A stretch of 64,000 bases of DNA, from sequence record JX128259. The stretch is one strand, 5' to 3'. The position numbers were made by a program, and so were the translations under genes. Under the pieces are notes generated by a model. That model was not told the origin of the DNA, did no database searches, and saw only the letters and a list, made by a program, of their open reading frames with translations. Of this stretch, positions 8,993-20,224 are shown one piece after another; position 1 is the first letter of the stretch, and each line of letters opens with the position of its first letter. The stretch comes from Escherichia phage ECML-134.

Positions 8993-9523
8993 TTAAACTT
9001 CTGCTATAATTTTTCCATCTTTTTCTACTTGAAAATAGGTGTAAGGAATCGTAGCTGTACATACTAAAGCCGGGTCTGAATCTTCCGTATAGCTAAATTC
9101 TACTTCAGATAGGTCAGAAACCCAAGGCTTATAAAAATTTATTGACATCACGATTTCAGTTTTGCTATTATCTAAGATGTAAAGCGTAATGTACTCAGGA
9201 CCTGTTTTTTGGGCAGTATTTTCACCTGTAAGATAGTTGCTAGTTCCTAGCATCCATTCATACATTCCTATCCATGACTTAAGTTCTTCATCAACTATAA
9301 ATCTCACAATGAGTGGATCGTACTCAAATGTAGCACCCGGTCGTTGTGCTCGACCTAGTCCAAACGGCCCAGTCACGGTATCAGTAACAGGTATTCTAAT
9401 TCCCGGAATAGGAACTGACTGAGCATTTAAAGTAAAAGCAGATGTAGTATTACTATGTGGTATTGATACTACAAAGTTAGTTGTATTTGCTTGGTTAAAA
9501 ATTTGTTGCAGAGCTTGCGACAT
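8993..9523 (-). CDS. 3: gp3 tail sheath stabiliser/tail completion protein
   Basis: 176 aa from internal start MSQALQQ; T4 order 1-3-2-4. Confidence 0.8.
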   Translation of the reverse strand: MSQALQQIFNQANTTNFVVSIPHSNTTSAFTLNAQSVPIPGIRIPVTDTVTGPFGLGRAQRPGATFEYDPLIVRFIVDEELKSWIGMYEWMLGTSNYLTGENTAQKTGPEYITLYILDNSKTEIVMSINFYKPWVSDLSEVEFSYTEDSDPALVCTATIPYTYFQVEKDGKIIAEV

Positions 9524-9629
9524 ATATTCCTCATAATGCTTTATAATTGTTGGTGGTATAATGGGTCTAAGTCCCTTCCATTCAATTCCATTTAGAACAA
9601 ACAACAGAAAAGAATGGAAGATAATAGAA

Positions 9630-10454
9630 TTAGATATTTGACCAGACTTTGTTTGCAGAGAAACGTTTTCCTTTTGAAACGAACTGCTGAAGTGGCATCA
9701 ACACAACGTTCGCCCAGTCTTTCGGGGCGATTTCAACAAGGCTACCCATAATATTACCAGGTATATATGCCTTAATCATTTGGTCTGCACCCCTAAATCC
9801 TTTCACTTGACTCCAATCAATTTTTAATTTCGTTTTATTAGTAATAGTAGGTGTATTTGCATATTGCTTTAAAAGCTCTTCTAGAAACTGTTGACGAGCT
9901 TTAGGTGGAATATAGTGCAAGTTTAATCCGTACATTAAATTATGCTTACCTAAACCAAGGTAAATTATCAAAGGAAATTTATCCCAGTAAGGAAGAGTTT
10001 CCTTGCGTTTAGCATCATAAGCAAAAGCATATATTCGTCCCGGCTGCGGGCGAACAACTTTATGTCCTTTTACTTGCTTAATAGTTTCAGCAAACCATTT
10101 TCTGGTTTTATTATTAATTGCTGCACCTTCATTACGAATTTTATCGCGCAATGTTTGTCTGAATGAATTTATCATAAGCAGTTGTCTTTCTTGCTTATTG
10201 AGTTTATTCATTGGTTTTGATTCAAGCTTTTGAATCTTTTCAGCTGTTTTAATTCCTGAAGCATATTTTGACATTGCCGAAGTAAACGTAGAATATTTAA
10301 TTCCTCTTTCTTCAGCAAATTGCTTTCCTGTCATTCCTTTTGCTTTGGCCTTTTTGTATTCAAGACCTATCTGAATCCATTTCTTTTCGTTTAATGATTG
10401 CTTAACCTTTGGAACTTGGGGAGTGCTTTCATTAATTATTTGAAAAATAGCCAT
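9630..10454 (-). CDS. 2: gp2 DNA end-protector protein
   Basis: 274 aa basic protein; T4 gene order. Confidence 0.8.
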   Translation of the reverse strand: MAIFQIINESTPQVPKVKQSLNEKKWIQIGLEYKKAKAKGMTGKQFAEERGIKYSTFTSAMSKYASGIKTAEKIQKLESKPMNKLNKQERQLLMINSFRQTLRDKIRNEGAAINNKTRKWFAETIKQVKGHKVVRPQPGRIYAFAYDAKRKETLPYWDKFPLIIYLGLGKHNLMYGLNLHYIPPKARQQFLEELLKQYANTPTITNKTKLKIDWSQVKGFRGADQMIKAYIPGNIMGSLVEIAPKDWANVVLMPLQQFVSKGKRFSANKVWSNI

Positions 10455-10906
10455 TATGCCCCCTTAAAGCCAAGAGCTCGTAATCCATCTTCTGTTAGAA
10501 TTCTAAATTTTATTCCACGCTTTTCAGCTAAAGATTGCGCTGCTTTCCATTTGTCAGTATTAACTGAATATGTATAAATTTCATTCATAAATCTTTTCTT
10601 CGCTGCGGTTGTTAGATGTGCTGGTTTAACCGGTGGTTGTGTTTCTTTTTTAGGTTTTATTTCAATAAAAAATTCTTGTCCAGAAGAATCTTTCATCCAA
10701 ATATCCATGAAGTATCTACGTTTTTTCCCTTCTGCATTACAAAAATAAGGAATTACTGCTGTTTCACTACCCCATGCAATAATTTCTGGATTTTTATCTA
10801 ACCATTCAAAAAAGAATTTTTCCCAATTTGATCTATACGTAATTTTTTTAGGGTCACCTCTATACTTTGATATATTTTTAGGAACCCATTTTCCAGAATA
10901 TGCCAT
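10454..10906 (-). CDS. 4: gp4 head completion protein
   Basis: 150 aa; T4 gene order. Confidence 0.8.
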   Translation of the reverse strand: MAYSGKWVPKNISKYRGDPKKITYRSNWEKFFFEWLDKNPEIIAWGSETAVIPYFCNAEGKKRRYFMDIWMKDSSGQEFFIEIKPKKETQPPVKPAHLTTAAKKRFMNEIYTYSVNTDKWKAAQSLAEKRGIKFRILTEDGLRALGFKGA

Positions 10907-10915
10907 TGGATTCTC

Positions 10916-10923
10916 CTTATAAA
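10916..10923 (+). promoter_or_regulatory. late promoter TATAAATA for gene 53
   Basis: exact TATAAATA about 30 nt upstream of the ATG at 10954. Confidence 0.6.
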
Positions 10924-10932
10924 TAGATAATA

Positions 10933-10940
10933 TATTTATA
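10933..10940 (-). promoter_or_regulatory. late promoter TATAAATA (minus strand) for gene 4
   Basis: plus TATTTATA = minus TATAAATA, about 27 nt upstream of the gene 4 start at 10906. Confidence 0.55.
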
Positions 10941-10953
10941 AACAGGAGGGCCC

Positions 10954-11544
10954 ATGCTCTTTACATTTTTTGATCCGATTGAATATGCGGCCAAAACGGT
11001 GAATAAAAACGCGCCGACTATTCCTATGACAGATATTTTTAGAAACTATAAAGACTATTTTAAACGCGCTCTTGCGGGATACCGCTTACGTACTTATTAT
11101 ATTAAAGGTTCACCACGCCCGGAAGAATTAGCAAATACTATATATGGAAATCCACAGTTGTATTGGGTTTTATTGATGTGTAATGATAATTATGATCCAT
11201 ATTATGGATGGATTACTTCGCAAGAAGCTGCTTATCAAGCATCTATACAAAAATACAAAAATGTAGGTGGAGACCAAATAGTATATCATGTGAATGAGAA
11301 CGGTGAAAAATTTTATAATTTAATATCATACGATGACAATCCATATGTTTGGTATGACAAAGGTGATAAAGCTAGAAAATATCCTCAATATGAAGGAGCA
11401 CTTGCTGCGGTCGATACGTATGAAGCTGCTGTTCTTGAAAATGAAAAACTTCGTCAAATAAAAATAATAGCAAAATCAGACATCAATTCATTTATGAACG
11501 ACCTTATACGTATAATGGAGAAATCTTATGGAAATGATAAGTAA
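10954..11544 (+). CDS. 53: gp53 baseplate wedge protein
   Basis: 196 aa; T4 gene order. Confidence 0.8.
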   Translation: MLFTFFDPIEYAAKTVNKNAPTIPMTDIFRNYKDYFKRALAGYRLRTYYIKGSPRPEELANTIYGNPQLYWVLLMCNDNYDPYYGWITSQEAAYQASIQKYKNVGGDQIVYHVNENGEKFYNLISYDDNPYVWYDKGDKARKYPQYEGALAAVDTYEAAVLENEKLRQIKIIAKSDINSFMNDLIRIMEKSYGNDK

Positions 11545-13255
11545 TAACCTTAATTGGTTTGTTGGTGTTGTTGAAGATAGAATGGACCCATTAAAATTAG
11601 GTCGTGTTCGTGTTCGTGTGGTTGGTTTGCATCCACCTCAAAGAGCACAAGGTGATGTAATGGGTATTCCAACTGAAAAATTACCATGGATGTCAGTTAT
11701 TCAACCTATAACTTCTGCAGCAATGTCAGGAATTGGAGGTTCTGTTACAGGACCAGTAGAAGGAACTAGAGTTTATGGTCATTTTTTAGACAAATGGAAA
11801 ACTAACGGAATTGTCCTTGGCACGTATGGTGGAATAGTTCGCGAAAAGCCTAATAGACTTGAAGGATTTTCTGACCCAACTGGGCAGTATCCTAGACGTC
11901 TAGGAAATGATACTAACGTATTAAACCAAGGCGGAGAAGTAGGATATGATTCGTCTTCTAATATTATCCAAGATAGTAATCTAGACACTGCAATAAATCC
12001 CGATGATAGACCACTATCAGAAATTCCAACTGATGATAATCCAAATATGTCAATGGCTGAAATGCTTCGCCGCGATGAAGGATTAAGACTAAAAGTTTAT
12101 TGGGATACCGAAGGATATCCGACAATTGGTATTGGTCATCTTATCATGAAGCAGCCAGTTCGTGATATGGCTCAAATTAATAAAGTTTTATCAAAACAAG
12201 TTGGTCGTGAAATTACAGGAAATCCGGGTTCTATTACAATGGAAGAAGCGACGACTTTATTTGAGCGTGATTTGGCTGATATGCAACGGGACATTAAATC
12301 ACATTCTAAAGTAGGACCAGTCTGGCAAGCTGTTAACCGTTCTCGTCAAATGGCGTTAGAAAATATGGCATTTCAGATGGGTGTTGGTGGTGTAGCTAAA
12401 TTTAACACAATGTTAACTGCTATGTTAGCAGGAGATTGGGAAAAAGCATATAAAGCCGGTCGTGATTCATTGTGGTATCAACAAACAAAAGGCCGTGCAT
12501 CCCGTGTTACCATGATTATTCTTACGGGGAATTTGGAATCATATGGTGTTGAAGTGAAAACCCCAGCTAGGTCTCTATCAGCAATGGCTGCTACTGTAGC
12601 TAAATCTTCTGACCCTGCTGACCCTCCTATTCCAAATGACTCGAGAATTTTATTCAAAGAACCAGTTTCTTCATATAAAGGTGAATATCCTTATGTGCAT
12701 ACAATGGAAACTGAAAGCGGACATATTCAGGAATTTGATGATACCCCTGGGCAAGAACGATACAGATTAGTTCATCCAACTGGAACTTATGAAGAAGTAT
12801 CACCGTCAGGAAGAAGAACAAGAAAAACTGTTGATAATTTGTATGATATAACCAACGCTGATGGTAATTTTTTGGTAGCCGGTGATAAAAAGACTAACGT
12901 CGGTGGATCAGAAATTTATTACAACATGGATAATCGTCTTCACCAGATAGATGGAAGCAATACAATATTTGTGCGTGGCGATGAAACTAAGACGGTTGAA
13001 GGTAATGGAACTATCCTAGTTAAAGGTAATGTTACTATTATAGTTGAAGGCAATGCTGACATTACAGTTAAAGGAGATGCTACCACTTTAGTTGAAGGTA
13101 ATCAGACTAATACAGTAAATGGAAATCTTTCTTGGAAAGTTGCTGGGACAGTTGATTGGGACGTTGGTGGTGATTGGACAGAAAAAATGGCATCTATGAG
13201 TTCTATTTCATCCGGTCAATACACAATTGATGGATCGAGGATTGACATTGGCTAA
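11528..13255 (+). CDS. 5: gp5 baseplate hub/tail lysozyme with C-terminal beta-helix spike
   Basis: 575 aa; lysozyme motif DTEGYPTIGIGH; C-terminal VxGxxxxx repeats. Confidence 0.9.
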   Translation: MEMISNNLNWFVGVVEDRMDPLKLGRVRVRVVGLHPPQRAQGDVMGIPTEKLPWMSVIQPITSAAMSGIGGSVTGPVEGTRVYGHFLDKWKTNGIVLGTYGGIVREKPNRLEGFSDPTGQYPRRLGNDTNVLNQGGEVGYDSSSNIIQDSNLDTAINPDDRPLSEIPTDDNPNMSMAEMLRRDEGLRLKVYWDTEGYPTIGIGHLIMKQPVRDMAQINKVLSKQVGREITGNPGSITMEEATTLFERDLADMQRDIKSHSKVGPVWQAVNRSRQMALENMAFQMGVGGVAKFNTMLTAMLAGDWEKAYKAGRDSLWYQQTKGRASRVTMIILTGNLESYGVEVKTPARSLSAMAATVAKSSDPADPPIPNDSRILFKEPVSSYKGEYPYVHTMETESGHIQEFDDTPGQERYRLVHPTGTYEEVSPSGRRTRKTVDNLYDITNADGNFLVAGDKKTNVGGSEIYYNMDNRLHQIDGSNTIFVRGDETKTVEGNGTILVKGNVTIIVEGNADITVKGDATTLVEGNQTNTVNGNLSWKVAGTVDWDVGGDWTEKMASMSSISSGQYTIDGSRIDIG

Positions 13256-13784
13256 TATACTTCCAATGAGCGCTGATTTAGGAGAATCCATGGAAGGTTC
13301 TTCTATCGACGTCACCTTTACCGCTCAATTAGAAACAGGTGAAACGTTAGTATCTATAAATATAACTAGTTATGAAGAAACTCCTGGGGTTTTAGTAGAA
13401 GAAAATCGCTTATATGGAACATATGAATCTGTATTTGGTTTCGGAAATGACGCGTTGAAATATCGTTTAGGCGATGAATTTAAAACTGCTGCTTCATGGG
13501 AAGAACTTCCTACTGATTCTGATACTCAGTTGTATTTGTGGAAAGCTCCTCAGAATCTCCAGAAGACATTCACTTACGAAGTAACATTAATATATGACTA
13601 TCAAGAACAAAGTGAATCTGGAGGTTCTGGTAGTAATTCTAGGTCATCTTCTGATACTACTGAACCGACGGATCCTCCTGCTCCAGTGAGAAAAACTCTC
13701 GTTAAAAATTATACTAAAACTATAGTTGGAAATTGGAGTCGTTGGGCTAATAAATTAAGAAGCTATGTGTATGAGAGGCCATAA
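13227..13784 (+). CDS. 5.1: gp5.1-like protein
   Basis: 185 aa ORF after gene 5; true start may be internal. Confidence 0.6.
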
Positions 13785-14078
13785 ATGTCAGGATTAAGTT
13801 ATGATAAGTGTGTTACTGCTGGCCATGAAGCGTGGCCTCCAACAGTTGTGAATGCTACGCAAAGTAAAGTATTCACTGGAGGAATTGCTGTTCTCGTAGC
13901 AGGCGATCCAATTACAGAACATACAGAAATTAAAAAGCCGTATGAAACACATGGCGGAGTGACACAACCTCGAACTTCTAAGGTATATGTCACTGGAAAG
14001 AAAGCTGTTCAAATGGCTGATCCAATATCATGCGGTGATACTGTGGCTCAGGCATCATCTAAAGTATTCATTAAATAG
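13785..14078 (+). CDS. 5.4: gp5.4 PAAR-repeat spike-tip protein
   Basis: 97 aa; position between gene 5 and gene 6. Confidence 0.75.
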
Positions 14079-14086
14079 GATTTAAA

Positions 14087-16069
14087 ATGGCAAATACCCC
14101 TGTAAATTATCAATTAACAAGAACAGCAAATGCTATTCCCGAGATATTCGTCGGGGGTACGTTTGCTGAAATAAAACAAAACCTCATTGAATGGCTTAAT
14201 GGCCAAAATGAATTTTTGGATTATGATTTTGAAGGCTCAAGATTAAACGTTCTGTGTGACCTTTTAGCTTATAATACATTATACATTCAGCAGTTTGGTA
14301 ATGCTGCTGTGTATGAAAGCTTTATGCGTACTGCTAACTTACGAAGTTCAGTTGTTCAAGCTGCGCAAGATAACGGATATTTACCTACTTCAAAATCCGC
14401 TGCGCAGACCGAAATTATGTTAACATGCACCGACGCATTGAATAGGAATTACATTACTATTCCTCGCGGAACTCGCTTTTTAGCATATGCAAAAGATACT
14501 TCTGTTAATCCATATAACTTCGTTTCTACCGAAGACGTTATTGCTATTCGTGATAAAAATAACCAATATTTTCCGCGTTTAAAATTGGCCCAGGGACGTA
14601 TAGTAAGAACTGAAATCATTTATGATAAATTAACACCTATTATCATTTATGATAAAAATATTGATAGAAACCAGGTTAAATTATATGTTGATGGAGCGGA
14701 ATGGATTAACTGGACGAGAAAGTCAATGGTTCATGCTGGTTCAACATCAACGATTTACTATATGCGTGAAACTATTGATGGAAACACTGAATTCTATTTT
14801 GGTGAAGGTGAAATTTCTGTTAATGCTTCTGAAGGAGCTTTGACCGCTAATTATATCGGAGGTCTTAAACCTACTCAGAACTCTACGATTGTCATTGAGT
14901 ACATCAGTACTAATGGTGCTGACGCGAACGGAGCAGTCGGATTTTCATACGCAGATACATTAACAAATATAACTGTCATCAATATTAATGAAAATCCAAA
15001 CGATGACCCAGATTTTGTTGGGGCAGATGGCGGCGGTGATCCAGAAGATATTGAGCGTATTCGCGAATTGGGTACTATTAAACGCGAAACCCAGCAACGC
15101 TGCGTAACTGCAACTGACTATGATACATTCGTTTCAGAGAGATTTGGTTCTATTATTCAAGCTGTTCAAACTTTCACTGATTCTACTAAACCTGGGTATG
15201 CATTCATTGCTGCTAAACCTAAATCAGGTCTGTATTTAACTACCGTACAGCGTGAAGATATTAAAAATTATCTCAAAGACTATAATTTAGCTCCTATTAC
15301 GCCATCAATTATTTCTCCTAATTATCTTTTTATTAAGACTAATTTAAAAGTCACATATGCTTTAAATAAACTGCAAGAATCCGAACAGTGGCTTGAAGGT
15401 CAAATAATTGATAAAATTGATCGCTATTATACCGAAGATGTAGAAATTTTTAACTCGTCTTTCGCTAAATCTAAGATGTTGACATATGTAGATGATGCAG
15501 ATCATTCTGTCATTGGTTCATCAGCGACTATTCAAATGGTTCGTGAAGTACAAAACTTCTATAAAACGCCTGAAGCGGGTATTAAATACAATAATCAAAT
15601 AAAAGACCGTTCTATGGAATCTAATACGTTTTCATTTAATTCTGGACGAAAGGTTGTAAATCCTGATACTGGTTTAGAAGAAGATGTATTATATGACGTT
15701 CGTATAGTATCAACAGACCGAGATTCTAAAGGAATTGGTAAAGTTATTATTGGTCCATTTGCTTCTGGCGATGTTACAGAAAATGAAAACATTCAGCCGT
15801 ATACAGGCAACGATTTTAACAAATTAGCAAATTCTGATGGACGCGACAAATACTATGTTATCGGTGAAATAAATTATCCAGCTGATGTGATTTATTGGAA
15901 TATCGCTAAAATTAATTTAACATCTGAAAAATTTGAAGTTCAGACCATTGAATTATATTCTGACCCAACTGATGATGTTATCTTTACTCGCGATGGTTCA
16001 CTGATTGTATTTGAAAATGACTTACGTCCACAATACTTAACTATCGATTTGGAGCCTATATCACAATGA
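14087..16069 (+). CDS. 6: gp6 baseplate wedge protein
   Basis: 660 aa; T4 order and size. Confidence 0.85.
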   Translation: MANTPVNYQLTRTANAIPEIFVGGTFAEIKQNLIEWLNGQNEFLDYDFEGSRLNVLCDLLAYNTLYIQQFGNAAVYESFMRTANLRSSVVQAAQDNGYLPTSKSAAQTEIMLTCTDALNRNYITIPRGTRFLAYAKDTSVNPYNFVSTEDVIAIRDKNNQYFPRLKLAQGRIVRTEIIYDKLTPIIIYDKNIDRNQVKLYVDGAEWINWTRKSMVHAGSTSTIYYMRETIDGNTEFYFGEGEISVNASEGALTANYIGGLKPTQNSTIVIEYISTNGADANGAVGFSYADTLTNITVININENPNDDPDFVGADGGGDPEDIERIRELGTIKRETQQRCVTATDYDTFVSERFGSIIQAVQTFTDSTKPGYAFIAAKPKSGLYLTTVQREDIKNYLKDYNLAPITPSIISPNYLFIKTNLKVTYALNKLQESEQWLEGQIIDKIDRYYTEDVEIFNSSFAKSKMLTYVDDADHSVIGSSATIQMVREVQNFYKTPEAGIKYNNQIKDRSMESNTFSFNSGRKVVNPDTGLEEDVLYDVRIVSTDRDSKGIGKVIIGPFASGDVTENENIQPYTGNDFNKLANSDGRDKYYVIGEINYPADVIYWNIAKINLTSEKFEVQTIELYSDPTDDVIFTRDGSLIVFENDLRPQYLTIDLEPISQ

Positions 16070-19000
16070 CAGTAAAAGCACCTTCAGTCACTAGTCTCAG
16101 AATTTCCAAGTTATCCGCAAATCAGGTGCAAGTACGCTGGGATGACGTTGGTGCTAATTTCTACTATTTTGTAGAAATCGCTGAGACAAAAACAAACTCG
16201 GGGGAAAAACTCCCGAGTAATCAATATCGTTGGATTAATTTAGGATATACAGCAAATAATAGTTTCTTTTTTGATGATGCTGATCCATTAACAACATACA
16301 TTATTAGAGTAGCCACAGCTGCGCAAGATTTTGAGCAGTCTGATTGGATTTATACCGAAGAGTTTGAAACTTTTGCTACAAATGCTTATACATTTCAAAA
16401 CATGATTGAAATGCAATTAGCCAATAAATTCATTCAGGAAAAATTTACTCTTAATAATTCTGATTATGTTAATTTTAATAATGATACTATAATGGCTGCA
16501 TTGATGAATGAATCATTCCAATTCAGCCCATCGTATGTTGATGTTTCATCAATAAGTAATTTTATTATTGGTGAAAATGAGTATCATGAAATACAAGGTT
16601 CTATTCAGCAAGTATGTAAGGATATTAATCGAGTTTATTTGATGGAATCAGAAGGAATTCTATATCTTTTTGAGCGCTATCAACCTGTAGTTAAAGTATC
16701 CAATGATAAAGGACAAACCTGGAAAGCTGTAAAGCTCTTCAATGACCGTGTAGGATATCCTTTATCTAAGACAGTATATTACCAATCTGCGAACACAACA
16801 TACGTTCTAGGATACGACAAGATTTTCTATGGCCGCAAATCTACTGATGTTAGATGGTCAGCCGATGATGTCAGATTTAGTTCTCAGGATATAACATTTG
16901 CTAAACTTGGCGACCAATTACATCTAGGATTTGATGTAGAAATTTTTGCCACTTACGCGACTTTACCAGCGAATGTATACCGCATTGCAGAAGCTATTAC
17001 TTGCACCGATGATTACATTTACGTTGTCGCCAGAGACAAAGTTAGATACATAAAAACGAGTAATGCACCTATAGATTCTGATCCATTATCTCCAACATAT
17101 TCGGAAAGACTTTTTGAACCTGATACCATGACTATAACCGGAAATCCTAAAGCAGTATGCTATAAAATGGATTCTATCGGTGATAAAGTTTTTGCTCTTA
17201 TTATTGGTGAAGTTGAAACATTAAATGCTAATCCTAGAACATCAAAAATAATTGATTCCGCTGATAAAGGAATATATGTTTTAAATCATGACGAAAAAAC
17301 ATGGAAAAGAGTTTTTGGTAATACCGAAGAAGAAAGAAGACGTATTCAACCCGGATATGCGAATATGTCAACTGACGGTAAATTAGTTTCTCTGTCTTCG
17401 AGCAATTTTAAATTTTTAAGTGATAATGTTGTTAATGACCCTGAAACTGCAGCAAAATATCAGTTAATTGGTGCTGTCAAATATGAATTTCCTCGTGAAT
17501 GGTTAGCTGATAAGCATTATCATATGATGGCATTTATAGCGGATGAAAAATCTGATTGGGAAACTTTTACGCCTCAGCCAATGAAATACTACGCAGAACC
17601 GTTCTTTAACTGGTCTAAAAAATCTAACACACGTTGTTGGATAAACAACTCTGATAGAGCTGTAGTAGTTTATGCTGATTTAAAATACACTAAAGTTATA
17701 GAAAATATTCCGGAAACATCACCAGATAGATTAGTTCATGAATACTGGGATGATGGTGATTGCACTATAGTAATGCCAAATGTCAAATTCACTGGATTTA
17801 AAAAATATGCATCTGGGATGCTTTTCTATAAAGCCTCCGGTGAAATAATTTCTTACTATGATTTTAACTATCGTGTGAGAGATACAGTAGAAATTATTTG
17901 GAAGCCAACTGAAGTATTTTTAAAAGCATTTTTACAAAACCAAGAGCATGAGACTCCTTGGTCACCAGAAGAAGAGCGTGGATTAGCTGACCCCGATTTA
18001 AGGCCATTAATTGGCACAATGATGCCTGATTCTTATTTGTTACAGGATTCGAATTTTGAGGCATTTTGCGAAGCATATATTCAATATCTTTCTGATGGAT
18101 ATGGAACTCAGTATAACAATTTACGAAATTTAATTCGTAATCAGTATCCTAGAGAAGAGCATGCATGGGAATATTTGTGGTCAGAGATATATAAAAGAAA
18201 CATTTATTTAAATGCTGATAAACGCGATGCTGTTGCGAGATTCTTTGAATCACGTAGCTATGATTTTTATTCTACTAAAGGAATTGAAGCATCATACAAG
18301 TTTCTTTTTAAAGTTCTTTATAATGAAGAAGTTGAAATTGAAATTGAATCTGGGGCTGGTACTGAATATGATATAATCGTTCAATCTGATTCTTTGACTG
18401 AAGACTTAGTAGGACAAACGATTTATACGGCAACAGGAAGATGTAATGTTACTTATATAGAAAGAAGCTATTCTAATGGTAAATTGCAATGGACCGTAAC
18501 TATTCATAATCTTTTGGGACGATTAATTGCTGGTCAAGAAGTTAAAGCAGAAAGACTTCCTAGTTTTGAAGGCGAAATTATTCGTGGGGTTAAAGGAAAG
18601 GATTTGCTTCAAAACAATATAGACTATATTAATAGAAGTAGATCATACTATGTAATGAAAATTAAATCCAATTTACCTTCTTCCCGCTGGAAATCTGACG
18701 TTATTCGTTTTGTTCATCCAGTAGGATTTGGATTTATAGCAATTACTCTTTTAACAATGTTTATTAATGTTGGTTTAACTCTTAAACATACAGAGACTAT
18801 AATTAATAAATACAAAAACTATAAATGGGATTCTGGATTGCCTACTGAATATGCCGACAGAATAGCTAAATTAACTCCAACCGGTGAAATTGAGCATGAT
18901 TCAGTAACAGGCGAAGCAATTTATGAGCCTGGCCCAATGGCTGGTGTAAAATATCCTCTTCCTGATGACTATAATGCTGAAAATAATAATTCAATATTTC

Positions 19001-19164
19001 AAGGTCAATTGCCGTCTGAACGACGTAAATTAATGAGTCCTTTATTTGATGCATCTGGAACAACATTTGCGCAATTTAGAGATTTAGTTGATAAACGTCT
19101 AAAAGATAATATAGGAAATCCAAGAGACCCTGAAAATCCAACACAGGTTAAAATAGATGAATGA
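16066..19164 (+). CDS. 7: gp7 baseplate wedge initiator
   Basis: 1032 aa; T4 order and size. Confidence 0.85.
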   Translation: MTVKAPSVTSLRISKLSANQVQVRWDDVGANFYYFVEIAETKTNSGEKLPSNQYRWINLGYTANNSFFFDDADPLTTYIIRVATAAQDFEQSDWIYTEEFETFATNAYTFQNMIEMQLANKFIQEKFTLNNSDYVNFNNDTIMAALMNESFQFSPSYVDVSSISNFIIGENEYHEIQGSIQQVCKDINRVYLMESEGILYLFERYQPVVKVSNDKGQTWKAVKLFNDRVGYPLSKTVYYQSANTTYVLGYDKIFYGRKSTDVRWSADDVRFSSQDITFAKLGDQLHLGFDVEIFATYATLPANVYRIAEAITCTDDYIYVVARDKVRYIKTSNAPIDSDPLSPTYSERLFEPDTMTITGNPKAVCYKMDSIGDKVFALIIGEVETLNANPRTSKIIDSADKGIYVLNHDEKTWKRVFGNTEEERRRIQPGYANMSTDGKLVSLSSSNFKFLSDNVVNDPETAAKYQLIGAVKYEFPREWLADKHYHMMAFIADEKSDWETFTPQPMKYYAEPFFNWSKKSNTRCWINNSDRAVVVYADLKYTKVIENIPETSPDRLVHEYWDDGDCTIVMPNVKFTGFKKYASGMLFYKASGEIISYYDFNYRVRDTVEIIWKPTEVFLKAFLQNQEHETPWSPEEERGLADPDLRPLIGTMMPDSYLLQDSNFEAFCEAYIQYLSDGYGTQYNNLRNLIRNQYPREEHAWEYLWSEIYKRNIYLNADKRDAVARFFESRSYDFYSTKGIEASYKFLFKVLYNEEVEIEIESGAGTEYDIIVQSDSLTEDLVGQTIYTATGRCNVTYIERSYSNGKLQWTVTIHNLLGRLIAGQEVKAERLPSFEGEIIRGVKGKDLLQNNIDYINRSRSYYVMKIKSNLPSSRWKSDVIRFVHPVGFGFIAITLLTMFINVGLTLKHTETIINKYKNYKWDSGLPTEYADRIAKLTPTGEIEHDSVTGEAIYEPGPMAGVKYPLPDDYNAENNNSIFQGQLPSERRKLMSPLFDASGTTFAQFRDLVDKRLKDNIGNPRDPENPTQVKIDE

Positions 19165-20161
19165 TTCAAGTGTTATCTATCGTGCGATAGTTACTTCAAA
19201 ATTTAGAACAGAAAAAATGTTGAATTTTTATAATTCAATTGGAAGTGGTCCGGATAAAAACACTATCTTTATCACATTTGGAAGATCAGAACCATGGTCA
19301 TCAAATGAAAATGAGGTGGGCTTTGCCCCACCTTATCCAACCGATTCTGTATTAGGCGTAACTGACATGTGGACGCATATGATGGGAACCGTAAAGGTTC
19401 TTCCATCAATGCTTGATGCAGTTATTCCTCGTCGAGATTGGGGAGATACTAGATATCCGGATCCGTATACATTTAGAATTAACGATATTGTAGTGTGTAA
19501 CTCAGCTCCTTACAACGCTACTGAATCAGGCGCAGGCTGGTTAGTATATCGTTGTTTAGATGTTCCTGATACCGGAATGTGCTCAATAGCATCTTTAACT
19601 GATAAGGATGAATGCCTTAAATTAGGCGGAAAATGGACACCTTCTGTTAGGTCAATGACTCCTCCTGAAGGTCGAGGAGATGCTGAAGGAACAATTGAAC
19701 CTGGGGACGGGTATGTATGGGAATATCTATTTGAGATTCCACCCGATGTATCTATAAATAGATGCACGAATGAATATATCGTGGTTCCTTGGCCTGAGGA
19801 ATTAAAAGAAGACCCGACTAGATGGGGATATGAAGATAATCTCACTTGGCAACAAGATGATTTTGGATTAATTTACCGTGTTAAGGCAAATACTATCCGT
19901 TTTAAAGCATATTTAGATTCAGTTTATTTTCCTGAGGCTGCATTGCCGGGAAATAAAGGATTTAGACAAATATCAATAATCACGAATCCTCTTGAAGCTA
20001 AAGCTCATCCAAATGACCCAAACGTTAAAGCTGAAAAGGATTATTATGACCCAGAAGATTTAATGAGGCATTCGGGTGAAATGATTTATATGGAAAATAG
20101 GCCACCTATTATTATGGCAATGGATCAAACAGAAGAAATCAATATTCTGTTTACATTTTAA
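19157..20161 (+). CDS. 8: gp8 baseplate wedge protein
   Basis: 334 aa; T4 order and size. Confidence 0.85.
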   Translation: MNDSSVIYRAIVTSKFRTEKMLNFYNSIGSGPDKNTIFITFGRSEPWSSNENEVGFAPPYPTDSVLGVTDMWTHMMGTVKVLPSMLDAVIPRRDWGDTRYPDPYTFRINDIVVCNSAPYNATESGAGWLVYRCLDVPDTGMCSIASLTDKDECLKLGGKWTPSVRSMTPPEGRGDAEGTIEPGDGYVWEYLFEIPPDVSINRCTNEYIVVPWPEELKEDPTRWGYEDNLTWQQDDFGLIYRVKANTIRFKAYLDSVYFPEAALPGNKGFRQISIITNPLEAKAHPNDPNVKAEKDYYDPEDLMRHSGEMIYMENRPPIIMAMDQTEEINILFTF

Positions 20162-20166
20162 ATTAA

Positions 20167-20190
20167 GGGAGCCCATGGGCTCCCTTTTTC
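20167..20190 (+). terminator. intrinsic terminator after gene 8
   Basis: GGGAGCCCATGGGCTCCC hairpin followed by TTTTT. Confidence 0.65.
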
Positions 20191-20192
20191 TT

Positions 20193-20200
20193 TATAAATA
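20193..20200 (+). promoter_or_regulatory. late promoter TATAAATA for gene 9
   Basis: exact TATAAATA 24 nt upstream of the ATG at 20225. Confidence 0.6.
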
Positions 20201-20224
20201 CTATAAACTCATAAGGAAACCGCT

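Noticed and set aside
12950-13200. Short periodic repeats in the gene 5 3' region, considered as a possible CRISPR-like or tandem repeat
   Set aside because: They encode the VxGxxxxx beta-helix of the gp5 spike; coding periodicity, not a repeat array. No CRISPR repeat-spacer structure exists in the window.
13794-14012. Two minus-strand ORFs inside gene 5.4
   Set aside because: Antisense to a compact conserved PAAR gene; Cys/Ser-rich translation typical of out-of-frame artefacts.
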